A DNA stretch of 63,976 bases, filler included, from Limisphaerales bacterium (GTDB lineage: Bacteria > Verrucomicrobiota > Verrucomicrobiia > Limisphaerales > SIBE01), in the NCBI GenBank assembly GCA_044225505.1. It is 8 parts of 8 records of this genome, joined end to end, with 100 filler letters (N's around TTAATTAATTAA, not from the genome) between each part and the next. Parts side by side here need not be neighbours in the genome. Positions count along the whole stretch, not along the records: positions 17,430 to 25,355 come from JBGAIN010000269.1; positions 25,456 to 33,471 come from JBGAIN010000270.1; 6 more parts are not named here. One strand, given 5' to 3'. This document shows positions 23,094 to 32,340 of the stretch, piece by piece. The notes beneath the pieces were generated by a model. That model was given only the letters and a program-made list of their open reading frames with translations, ran no database searches and had not been told where the DNA came from. A program made the translations under genes and the position numbers. Positions within the stretch are counted from its first letter, which is position 1. The number at the start of each line of letters is the position of its first letter.

Positions 23094-24050
23094 GTGGCTC
23101 ATCCAGTCCATTTGATTCTCTCGGCTGGCACTCGCATTGTCACCCGAAACGATGTCAACCGCATCGGGGGTGGTTCAAGCATCGCGGCGGGAGCCGTGGC
23201 GGTCATTATCGAGTCGCCATGCGATGCTCAACACGCCTACAAGGTCCGATTCAACGACGGAACTGAAGCAATGGTCCGTCGGAGCGAGTTCTCGATCCTA
23301 AAGGAGTTTAAAGAAGTGGTTCACGGGCATGGAACGGCTCCCGATGAGTCCAACGAATTCGAGCAGTGGGAACCGTATATTATTTACCGATGCATCGTTG
23401 GGTCGCAGGCCTTCGGTCTGACAGACGGGGACTCCGATGTCGATCGCCGTGGGATCTATCTTCCGCCGGCTGAGCTTCATTGGTCCCTCTATGGCGTGCC
23501 GGAACAAATCAATCCACACCGGACAGGGCCGGACGCGGATAATGCCGAAACTTACTGGGAACTGCAGAAATTCCTGATCATGGCGTTGAAGGCGAACCCG
23601 AACATTCTAGAATGCCTGCACACGCCGCTGGTCGAATACAGGACGCCCCTCGCCGAAGAATTGCTCGCCAACCGTCAGCGATTCCTCTCCAAGCTGATTT
23701 ACCAAACCTACAACGGCTACGTGATGAGCCAATTCAAGAAGCTCGAGCAGGACCTGCGTGCGCGTGGTGAGATTCGGTGGAAGCATGCCATGCACCTGAT
23801 TCGCTTGTTGCTCTCAGGGATCACGGCGTTGGAAGAAGGACAGCTTCGAATCCGCTTGGACGAGCACCGGGAGGAACTCTTACGCATCAAACGCGGCGAA
23901 CAAGCCTGGAGCGACGTCAATGCATGGCGGCTCCGGCTGCATCAGCAGTTCGATGAGGCTTTTGCGTCCACCCAATTGCCAGAACGGCCGGACTATGGTT
24001 GGGCCAACGAGTTTCTTTTGAACGCTCGAAGACGAATGGTGGGAGTTTAG
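23094..24050 (+). CDS. RlaP/YcgL-like nucleotidyltransferase with N-terminal SH3-like extension
   Basis: VGSQAFGL..DSDVDRRG, KANPNILECL, KHAMHLIRLL. Confidence 0.85.
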   Translation: MAHPVHLILSAGTRIVTRNDVNRIGGGSSIAAGAVAVIIESPCDAQHAYKVRFNDGTEAMVRRSEFSILKEFKEVVHGHGTAPDESNEFEQWEPYIIYRCIVGSQAFGLTDGDSDVDRRGIYLPPAELHWSLYGVPEQINPHRTGPDADNAETYWELQKFLIMALKANPNILECLHTPLVEYRTPLAEELLANRQRFLSKLIYQTYNGYVMSQFKKLEQDLRARGEIRWKHAMHLIRLLLSGITALEEGQLRIRLDEHREELLRIKRGEQAWSDVNAWRLRLHQQFDEAFASTQLPERPDYGWANEFLLNARRRMVGV

Positions 24051-24188
24051 GAGTTTAGGAGTTTAGGAGTTTAGGAGTTTGGGGGTTTGGGAGTTTAGGA
24101 GTTTGGGGGTGGGGTTTGGGAGTTTGGGAGTTTTACGGTTGATACCGACAACTCACCGATCCCTAAACCCTTTAACTTTCTAACTCTT
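24042..24188. repeat. 8-nt tandem array (GGAGTTTR, ~11 copies) followed by degenerate inverted copies
   Basis: Read directly; contains the stop codons of both flanking genes. Confidence 0.9.
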
Positions 24189-24542
24189 TCTTGCCGTGGC
24201 GAGTGAGGACGAGAAGATCCGGAGGAGATCTTCGCTTTCCTGCTTCAGCGGGCGGACGGTCTCCGGTGGACACACCCCTGCCTCTTCGAACAGTTCAAGC
24301 CATAGCATAGTCTCGTCGGTCTCCTCTACGACCGTGCCCAGCTTGGAAATGAAATCCGCTTTCGATTTGGCCCTGCAGACCGCACGGTAGTTTGCCGCGA
24401 CGGAGGTTCCGGCCCGCAACACTTGTCTTCCAAGGACCCTGGCCTCATCCGATTTCGGAAGGTTTCGGTAGAATATGACGATCTGAACGGCAAACGCCTT
24501 GCTCCGAGCTTTCAGCATTTCCCCGAATTCGAAGTTGGTCAT
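24180..24542 (-). CDS. Four helix bundle protein (TIGR02436 / 23S-IVS-protein-like)
   Basis: GRQVLRAGTSVAANYRA.CRAKSKADFISKL..VVEETDET..WLEL; AGGAGG RBS just before ATG 24542. Confidence 0.9.
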   Translation of the reverse strand: MTNFEFGEMLKARSKAFAVQIVIFYRNLPKSDEARVLGRQVLRAGTSVAANYRAVCRAKSKADFISKLGTVVEETDETMLWLELFEEAGVCPPETVRPLKQESEDLLRIFSSSLATARKS

Positions 24543-24555
24543 AATCCTCCTTGTC

Positions 24556-24716
24556 ACAGTTTAACAGTTTGGGAGTTTAGGGGCTGGTGTCTTCCTTCGT
24601 GAAATCCTTGAACAGAACCCTTCAACTCCGAAACCGACAGCTCCGCAACGCTACCGCTTACTGCCGCTTACCGGCAACCCCTAAAACCCCAAACTCATTA
24701 ACTCTCAAACTCCCAT
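24556..24716. repeat. Second 8-nt direct-then-inverted array
   Basis: ACAGTTTA ACAGTTTG GGAGTTTA ... CTAAAACC CCAAACTC ATTAACTC TCAAACTC, ending just before ATG 24718. Confidence 0.8.
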
Positions 24717-24717
24717 C

Positions 24718-25355
24718 ATGCCTGTCGATCCGCGCCTTAAGAGCATCGTGGCGGCACAACCGTTCCCGCTGCTATTTGCCACAATCAGCGGGGCGCACCT
24801 CTACGGTTTTCCATCTCCAGACTCAGATTACGACCTGCGCGGGGCCCACGTGCTCCCGTTGGAAAAAGTCGTCGGCTCCAGACCACCCAGGAAACGATCG
24901 AGGATTCCCGAGTCATCGAAGAGCTCGAGATGGACATCGTGACTCACGACGTGAAGAAGTTCTTCGGCCTGCTGTTGAAGAAGAATGGTTACGTTCTTGA
25001 GCAGCTCTTTTCTCCTTTGATTGTGCATACGACGCCTGAGCATGGACAACTGAAGGAAATCTGCCGGAACAACGGGTCGCGGGGTGTCATAACCCGCTAT
25101 CACGCGCATCACTACCTCGGATTTGCCGAGACCCAATGGAAGCTGTTCGAGAAGGAGAATCCCAGGCGCGTCAAACCGCTGCTTTACGTCTACCGTGTGC
25201 TGCTCACGGGAATTCACTTGATGCAGACGGGCGAGATCAACGGCAACCTGCTGGAATTGAAGAGTGAGTTTAAGCTGCCCTACGTGCCGGACCTGGTGGC
25301 ACGAAAGCAATCTGGCGAAAACACCTCACTCGCGGGCGGTGATGTCGACTTTCAC
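24718..25355 (+). CDS. Second RlaP/YcgL-like nucleotidyltransferase (frameshift ~24880, 3'-truncated)
   Basis: TISGAHLYGFPSPDSDYDLRG...NGYVLEQLFSPL...KPLLYVYRVLLTGIHL. Confidence 0.85.
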
Positions 25356-25455
25356 NNNNNNNNNNNNNNNNNNNNNNNNNNNNNNNNNNNNNNNNNNNNT
25401 TAATTAATTAANNNNNNNNNNNNNNNNNNNNNNNNNNNNNNNNNNNNNNNNNNNN

Positions 25456-25653
25456 TATTCCGGGGAACTGCTCCAACCGTAAACGCTCAGGGGTTGCTCG
25501 GGCCTTATCAGTTTGCCACGAACCGGATTATGATGCACATAATCGCAGACACTTTTGAGATACCCGCTGCCCGAACCGTCCACCAGCAACGATTCATAGC
25601 GCCCGCTGAATAAGTGCCCAAAGCGCCGATGCCGCCGGTTGAACCGGCGTCGT
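25456..25653 (-). mobile_element. REP-associated tyrosine transposase (RAYT / IS200-like Y1) fragment
   Basis: RFNRRH..GHLFSGRYES.LVD...YVHHNPVR...YGWSS. Confidence 0.8.
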
Positions 25654-25758
25654 GTAAGTAATTAAGGTCTTTTTCGCGGGTGGGAGCCCGCTTCGCTTTG
25701 AAATCGAATGCCCGCCGTAATCCGGGCTCCACCCGCTAAAAAGACCTTAATTACTTAC
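25654..25758. mobile_element. 105-bp MITE-like element with ~36-bp terminal inverted repeats
   Basis: GTAAGTAATTAAGGTCTTTTT.GCGGGTGG(G)AGCCCG at both ends in inverted orientation. Confidence 0.8.
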
Positions 25759-25912
25759 GCGCGCGGCGCTATCGCGAAACAGCTTATTTCCAAGACCTTG
25801 CGCCGTCCTCCACAAATGTGGACGACGGGACAACCGCGCGGCGCGGGCGCGTGGACAGGTGTGCTCATGCGCTACTTGCGTCAGAAGTAACGGTTGAATT
25901 GGATCGAAGTGG

Positions 25913-26224
25913 TCTCGTGTCACCGGAGCAAGTTGCTGGCATCCTGAATGTTGGCCATTTTACTATCGTTAACGAGGAGGCCATGGCTCGCTTTTCGGGC
26001 CCGTTTCTTGATCGTAAGGAGCTGCCGTCTCGCGCAAAGCCCACACTCCCTACGCCACCCCCTCCCGGCAAGCGATGCGCTCGCGACATGCAACCATCCT
26101 ACCGCCGCTTCATGATGGCGACATCTCAACCAATGAGGCCTAAAAACGCCTGCAACCCAGTTCGTTAACGTTCGTAAATCCGCCAAGCACCTCCACAGGA
26201 GAAACTTGCCTCGGTGACACGAGA
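25913..26224. mobile_element. 312-bp MITE-like element with gap-free 63-bp imperfect terminal IRs
   Basis: 25913-25975 vs reverse complement of 26162-26224: TCTCGTGTCACCG..GCAAGTT.CT-N13-TTGGC...TTTAC...CGTTAACGA. Confidence 0.7.
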
Positions 26225-26534
26225 ATCCAATCGTCTTGGCGCTTGGCCATTTGCATCGACATCTTCACTTCATTGGCTAGACGCCATACTTGCTCCAACG
26301 ATGTCCCTTTCATGGTCGACTCCTCTTGCCTCATCCGCCGGTCGGACCTCGCCTCCGAGCCCGCGGCTATAAGCAAAGGGACTTAAGCGCTCAGCACACT
26401 AGCGGTGGCAAAAATTCCCACTCGCAAGTCTTAGCGCCAAATCCGAGTTGGTTACACTCGGATCAGCAATTGCTGATTAGCCGATGCGCTGCCCCGGTTC
26501 CCTTCGTCTTGGGCTCGTCTTGTGGAGGCTCCGG

Positions 26535-26578
26535 GGAAGAGCTGTGGAGGGCCACAGCACTCCAAGACCTCGCGGAGA
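26535..26578. repeat. REP-like dispersed repeat (related copy ~32183-32263)
   Basis: GCCACAGCACTCCAAGAC here; TTCCAAGACGCT...GGAGTGTGGGCAGCCCTCCACCGCT after the GH127 gene. Confidence 0.5.
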
Positions 26579-26827
26579 ATCGCGCGCGCATTCGAGATTG
26601 GAGAAGCACGGTGCACGCGCCATGTCGCTATCCAACGGTTCCGCAAATGACCCACTGCACCGTAAGTCCTATGTCAACAATTTGTGAACCGCATGTGCGA
26701 CAAATCGCGGGATTAACGCTTTTGGGAACGGACCGGCCCCTGCCCCTCGGTCGTTGGTGACATTTAGGCACCAACCGCAATCCCGCCAGCGGCGGATTGG
26801 ACTGGCGGTGCGCCCGCTCGCTTGGCT

Positions 26828-27861
26828 TCAAAGCGACGGATCGCCCGTTCGCAGGGCGAGAACGCCCGCTTGCACTTGCCACCGATGCAGGCGCGCACCC
26901 AATTCTCGCGGCCAACTTTCTTCCGTCGCGGTCATAAACACCTGGCTACCCGCCCGGTCGACGCGGTGCAACAACGGGAGAAAAGCCGCCCGTCGATTGG
27001 CATCCAACTCCCCCATAATGTCATCGATGAGCAACACGGGAGGCACTCCGTGGATCTGGGTTAGGTATTCGGCCTGAGCCATTTTTAGCGAGATGGCCAC
27101 CGACCGCTTTTGTCCCTCACTGCCAAACTCATCGACCACACGTTCATTCACTTCGAGACTTAGCTCGTCTCGGTGCGGTCCGATCAAAGTGGATCGAAAG
27201 GTCCGTTCCCGACCGCGCGACTGCGCCAGTTCCACCAGGAAGTCGCTCTTGACCGACGGCCGGTAGCGCAAGGTCAAGGCTTCGGCACCCCCTGTAATCC
27301 GAGTGTAAGCGGCGGTCGCAATCGGAATGAAATCGGGCATCAGCGCGTGGCGCCGTTGGTTGAGTTCCGTTCCGGACTCAATCAACTCGCGGGTGAAACT
27401 CTCCAGGGCAGCCTCGTCCAAGGGAGTCCGTTTGAGCAAGGCGTTTCGAGAGCGAAGCGCTTGGGAATAGCGCTGGAGCAAAGTTAGATACCCGGGAGCC
27501 GTCTGCGTGAGGAGCAAATCGAGGAAGCGCCGGCGGCGGCTGGCAGGCCCCTTGACCAATTGCAGGTCTTCACTCGAGAAGACGACCGCCCGCAGGACCC
27601 CCAGGTATTCCGAGAGGCGGCGAATCGGACGAGCGTCCAGATTCAATGTGCGTTGCGCCGCAGACCAATAAATCTTGATGAGATGCTCGCCGTCGCTGAC
27701 CACTGTGGCGCCGACAAAGTATCCCGCTTGTTGATGACGAATGATCTGCGCTCCTTGCCCTGTGCGTTGTTGCCCAGAAACAAATGGAAACCGGGCTGAA
27801 AGTCCGCGTCCAATCGCGCGTAATTCCGAAAATCCCGCAGCCGCAAGTGAGCCAGATGCAC
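26828..27861 (-). pseudogene. recF: DNA replication/repair protein RecF with a deletion/frameshift at the Walker A motif (~27755)
   Basis: HLRLRDFRNY..LGNNAQGK, then a frame change; GPASRRRRFLD, GPHRDEL, GSEGQKR, LLIDDIMGELD. Confidence 0.9.
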
Positions 27862-27974
27862 CCCCGGAGGGTACCCTGCCGCACCTCCGGACGTCAAAGA
27901 ACGTCATCGTCCGCTCTCTTTGCGCATCCAGGCCCGATGCCGCTTCCGTTCGGTCTCGGGATTCGGCCTTCTTC

Positions 27975-28075
27975 CGTATTAAACAGGGATATAACTCGGA
28001 AATAACAGGGATTTAACACGGGTTTAATCCGTGTTAAATGCCTGTTTATCCCCTGTTAACTCCCTGCTAATTACG
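27975..28075. repeat. ~100-bp imperfect palindrome built from 11-nt units
   Basis: Four AACAGGG-type units, perfect 11-bp core stem ATTTAACACGG/CCGTGTTAAAT, four CCCTGTT-type units. Confidence 0.85.
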
Positions 28076-28229
28076 AACGATGCCTATCGGGCGTCCTTCC
28101 CGATTCCTGCACTCTCACCCGCCAGAACCCTGTGGCCGCACTTCTCTCTCTTGCTCTTTCACGAGTTTCCTCGTAACAAAACGCCGTCATCGCGGGTATT
28201 GAGGGAGATCGACCTTAGATTCTCGGCCT

Positions 28230-28961
28230 ATGAAAATTGCCATTTTTGCGGCGCTCGTCCTGTTAATCGTCGGCTCCTCGGGATGCATCGGGTTCTCCGA
28301 CTGGAAAACCGTCCAAGGCTCCGGGAACGTCACGACCGAACCTCGAACGGTCCAAGGCTTTGATAAGGTCTCGGTTTCCGGCGGTGGCGAGTTGACGTTG
28401 GTCCAGGGAGATCAGGAATCCCTGACTGTTGAGGCGGACGACAATTTGCTGCCCTACATCCGGTCAGAGGTGCGGAATGGCAATCTGCTCCTGGGTCCGC
28501 ACGAAGCCAACGTGCGCTCCAGCCGACCGATCCGCTACCAACTAGCGTTGAAGAACTTACGCGAACTCCACGTGTCGGGTTCCGTTCGCTCGGAAGCAGC
28601 TCGCATTCGATCGGATAGCCTGGGATTGCATATCAGCGGGTCGGGACGCGTCGAGGTGGGCCAACTCGAGGCGCGCGCGCTGACGGTGAACATTAGTGGG
28701 TCAGGCACAACGACGGTGGCTGGGGCGGTTGACCAACAGGAAATCCACATTAGCGGGTCGGGCGATCAAGTGGCTCCAGACCTAAAGTCGCAGCGAGCTC
28801 AGGTGCATATCAGCGGTTCTGGAGGAGCGACCCTCTGGGTGACAGATGCCTTGAACGCCCATATCAGCGGGAGCGGCCGAGTGCAGTACCGAGGGCAGCC
28901 CAGCGTTGACTCCCACGTGTCGGGATCTGGAAAGGTTCGCCATATGGCTGGAGCTGAATAG
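28230..28961 (+). CDS. DUF2807 / head-GIN-like lipoprotein
   Basis: Lipobox SSGC; repeated ISGSG motifs. Confidence 0.85.
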   Translation: MKIAIFAALVLLIVGSSGCIGFSDWKTVQGSGNVTTEPRTVQGFDKVSVSGGGELTLVQGDQESLTVEADDNLLPYIRSEVRNGNLLLGPHEANVRSSRPIRYQLALKNLRELHVSGSVRSEAARIRSDSLGLHISGSGRVEVGQLEARALTVNISGSGTTTVAGAVDQQEIHISGSGDQVAPDLKSQRAQVHISGSGGATLWVTDALNAHISGSGRVQYRGQPSVDSHVSGSGKVRHMAGAE

Positions 28962-29080
28962 CTTCTTGTTGCGCACAGAGATGCCCGATGGCCAGCTTCC
29001 GCCTTGGCGTGTTGAAGAGAAGCCGCGGTCCTTAATCTCCCACAGTTTCAAGCTTGGGGATTTCCAAGTTCCGGATAAAA

Positions 29081-32000
29081 ATGCCGGGCATGACGTACTG
29101 TCCGATCGGCCACGCCAGGCGTGTGGTCATTGCCCTCACCGTTTTCGTCGGCCTGCTTGCGATTCGCGTGAGTTCGGGTGAACCCGGTAGCTCCAGCGTA
29201 GAGACGTCACGGCTCGACGTCCTCGTGCCCACGTCGCGCATTGTTTATCAACGCGACAACGCCAATCACGCGTCCATTCCCATCCAGGGCGTCTGCGCGC
29301 GCAACGTGGAAGTCGTGGAGGCGCGCTTGGTTCCACGCCAGAATGGCCAGGGCAAACCAACCGGGTGGACCCGCGTGCCCGTCCAACCCAATGCCGGACG
29401 CTACTCCGGATTCCTGGAGGTGGAAGGAGGATGGTACGATTTGGAGTTGCGCGCTTTCATCAGCGGAGCGGAGGTGAGCCATACTGAAGTGAACCGCATT
29501 GGAGTCGGCGAAGTCTTCGTCATTGTGGGGCATTCCGTCGCAGCGGGACAAGACGTCAATATTCCCGGGGCCATCGACGATCGGGTGAGCACGGTCGCGC
29601 TCGACAAAGCAACGGTCGCCTACCAAACCTATTTATCGACTGGGAATCCGAACTTCCTCCCGCCCCCAACGTTTGCTCACTATGGAACCGGCGTTATCCC
29701 AGCGCCGTTTGGCAGTGGCAATTACTTCTGGTCGAGATTCGGCGAGGAGCTCGTGCGAAAACTGAACGTCCCGGTGCTGCTTTATAATGCCGCATTCGGA
29801 GGCACGAGTCTGGAGCACTGGGCCAAGTCAGCCCAAGGGATCCTGTTTACGCATAGCTTTGTGAAGTCGTCGATTCGAATGCCCTATATCAACCTGGCCA
29901 ACACGCTGCAAAAGTATATCCCGTCCACAGGCCTGCGTGCGATCCTCGCGGACCAAGGCCAGAACGATTGGACGGAGAAAGACGAAACGATTATTTTCAA
30001 GAATTACGCGACTTGGGTGGCGCAAGCGCGCGCTGACCTCGAGTTCCCACGCCTGGCAGTGGTGGTGAATCTCCAGACCCCGTTTCGCAGAGATGCCGCC
30101 GTGCGTGCCGCACAGGAACGGATGGCTCACACGCCCGATTGCTTTGCCGGGCCTGACTACGATCAACTCGCCCCGGAAGATCGGGCGGATGGAATCCACC
30201 TCGAATTGTCCGGTCAAACCAATGCCGCGCATCTCTGGGCAGAGGCCTTGGACACTCGCTTCTTTGTCGAATCTGTGGCTTGGCGACCGGACTTCGCCCG
30301 AGCGGTGCAGATCACCACGGAGCGAACGACGCCAAAGCCAGCCCAACTCCGACCTGCGGCCGTGGGCGCCGTTGAAATCGCCGATTCCTTCTGGGCACCC
30401 AAGATCCGAACTTATCGCGAGAAGACCATTCCGCATTCGTGGCAGTACATGCAATGGGAGCTTCGCGCTTTGCACAAAGCGGCTGGAGAAACGGTCACCG
30501 GCGATTTGAACGGCACGTGGGGCGAAGCCAATCTCTACAAATTCCTCGAAACTGCGGCCTATGCGCTCGCGATGCAACGCGATGCTGACCTCGAGAAAAA
30601 GATCGACGCCATCATCGATCTGCTCGCCCTGGCCCAGCGACCGGACGGATACGCGCATTACTTTGTCACCAACAGCAAAAAGCTTCCGTGGGATCCCGCC
30701 TTCCTGGATGGGTCCCATGATGGTTACGTCCTGGGCCATCTGATTGAAGCGGCCATCGAATATTCCGCCGCGACGGGCAAAACGAAGTTCCTGGAGATCG
30801 CGCGTCGGGCGGCCGATGAAGCTTACGATCATTTCCTTGGACCCAACGGACAGCCGGGGTTCTGCGGCCACGCAGAACTGGAAATGGCCCTGGTCGAACT
30901 CCATCGTGTCACGGGCGAAGCGCGATACCTGCAGCTATCGAAAGCGTTCGTCGAATGGCGCGGCCGAGGCAAAGTGAAGCCGGTCAGCGAAACGCCTCGA
31001 TCCTACTTTCAGGACGAAGTGCCGCTGCGCCAGCAATGGACGCTCGAAGGACACGCTGTCCGGGCTCTCTTCTTTGCCACGGGCGTTGCGGATTTAGCAT
31101 TGGAAACGGGCGACGCAGACTATCGAATGGCCGCCCACCGATTCTGGGAGAGCACCGCGCGTCGGCGCCTGGCGATCACCGGGGCGGTCGGACCACGCCA
31201 CGAACACGAAGCTTTCGGCGAAGACTACGAGCTTCCCAACGACGGGTATTACGAGTCTTGCGCAGCGTGTGGTTTGGCCGACTTCGCCCAGCGAATGTTC
31301 CTGCTGGAACGAACCTCGGAATCGATCGACGTGCTGGAACGCGTCCTTTACAACGCCGTCTTGCATGGCATGGAGTTGACCGGGACAAATTCTTACTATC
31401 AAAACCCGCTCTCGGATCACGATCGGCCACGATACAATTCCTGGGTCTGCTGCCCGCCCAATCTCTCTCGGACGTTGTTGCAGATCGGCCGTTACGCCTA
31501 CGCGCAAAGCGACCGTGACCTGTTCGTAAATCTATTCGTCGGCGGGACCTGGCACGCTCGGGTCGGATCGGATGGGGTCGATATCCGCGTCACCACCGAG
31601 TACCCCTGGGACGGTCGGGTCCAGATTGCCCTCACGCTCCCAAAAGCTGCCCATTTTACGGTCTGGCTGCGCCGGCCAGGTTGGGCCAAGCAGGCGGAAC
31701 TGAGCCTGAACGGCGAACGGGTAACCACTCTGCCGCAGGCCGAGAACGGATATTGGCGCCTCGAACGCACCTGGCAGCCCAACGACCGCCTGGATATCCA
31801 GCTGGAGATGCCAGTCGAACGGATGGTCGCGCACCCGAACATCCGCGATTGCCAGGGTAAAGTCGCACTGCAACGCGGTCCGCTCGTTTACGGATTTGAG
31901 TCGTTGGACAATAACGGCTCGGCGCAAGTGGCGTTGGGGCGCCAGCCCAACTTCACCATCGAGAGCCGCCCGGATTGGCTCGGAGGCGTGACGGTGATCC

Positions 32001-32176
32001 ATGGAACGACCGCCGATGCCAAATCATTCGACGCTATTCCATTCTACGCCTTGGCTAACCGCGGGAAGGCTGCCCAGGAAGTCTGGGCCACTCAATGTTA
32101 CGTGGGACTGGGAGATTCGTGGTGGCTCGGGCGCCTGTATCGACCGCTCGAAGAAGTCATCGCGAAGGAGAAGTGA
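29081..32176 (+). CDS. SGNH sialate O-acetylesterase-like domain fused to GH127 beta-L-arabinofuranosidase-like domain
   Basis: GVGEVFVIVGHS, DQGQND, DGIH; then GHLIEAA, GHAELE, EGHAVR, YESCAA, CCPPN. Confidence 0.85.
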   Translation: MPGMTYCPIGHARRVVIALTVFVGLLAIRVSSGEPGSSSVETSRLDVLVPTSRIVYQRDNANHASIPIQGVCARNVEVVEARLVPRQNGQGKPTGWTRVPVQPNAGRYSGFLEVEGGWYDLELRAFISGAEVSHTEVNRIGVGEVFVIVGHSVAAGQDVNIPGAIDDRVSTVALDKATVAYQTYLSTGNPNFLPPPTFAHYGTGVIPAPFGSGNYFWSRFGEELVRKLNVPVLLYNAAFGGTSLEHWAKSAQGILFTHSFVKSSIRMPYINLANTLQKYIPSTGLRAILADQGQNDWTEKDETIIFKNYATWVAQARADLEFPRLAVVVNLQTPFRRDAAVRAAQERMAHTPDCFAGPDYDQLAPEDRADGIHLELSGQTNAAHLWAEALDTRFFVESVAWRPDFARAVQITTERTTPKPAQLRPAAVGAVEIADSFWAPKIRTYREKTIPHSWQYMQWELRALHKAAGETVTGDLNGTWGEANLYKFLETAAYALAMQRDADLEKKIDAIIDLLALAQRPDGYAHYFVTNSKKLPWDPAFLDGSHDGYVLGHLIEAAIEYSAATGKTKFLEIARRAADEAYDHFLGPNGQPGFCGHAELEMALVELHRVTGEARYLQLSKAFVEWRGRGKVKPVSETPRSYFQDEVPLRQQWTLEGHAVRALFFATGVADLALETGDADYRMAAHRFWESTARRRLAITGAVGPRHEHEAFGEDYELPNDGYYESCAACGLADFAQRMFLLERTSESIDVLERVLYNAVLHGMELTGTNSYYQNPLSDHDRPRYNSWVCCPPNLSRTLLQIGRYAYAQSDRDLFVNLFVGGTWHARVGSDGVDIRVTTEYPWDGRVQIALTLPKAAHFTVWLRRPGWAKQAELSLNGERVTTLPQAENGYWRLERTWQPNDRLDIQLEMPVERMVAHPNIRDCQGKVALQRGPLVYGFESLDNNGSAQVALGRQPNFTIESRPDWLGGVTVIHGTTADAKSFDAIPFYALANRGKAAQEVWATQCYVGLGDSWWLGRLYRPLEEVIAKEK

Positions 32177-32340
32177 GAAAAGTTCCAAGACGCTACCGCG
32201 CAAGCACTAAGGCACTACGCTCCGCCCGGTTTGGGAGTGTGGGCAGCCCTCCACCGCTATTCCGGGGAAACGCGACCGAAATGTTGCACATCTTGTCCGC
32301 AAATTGTTCTCAAAGTGTGCGACATTTGCCGATCGCGAAT

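Noticed and set aside
24180..24542. Four-helix protein as DGR Avd or an rRNA intervening sequence
   Set aside because: No reverse transcriptase, TR/VR pair or rRNA sequence on the contig.
29828..30904. Long antisense ORFs (also 911-1888, 61011-61988, 62028-62876, 41682-42542)
   Set aside because: They are shadows of well-supported genes in GC-rich DNA and lack recognisable motifs.
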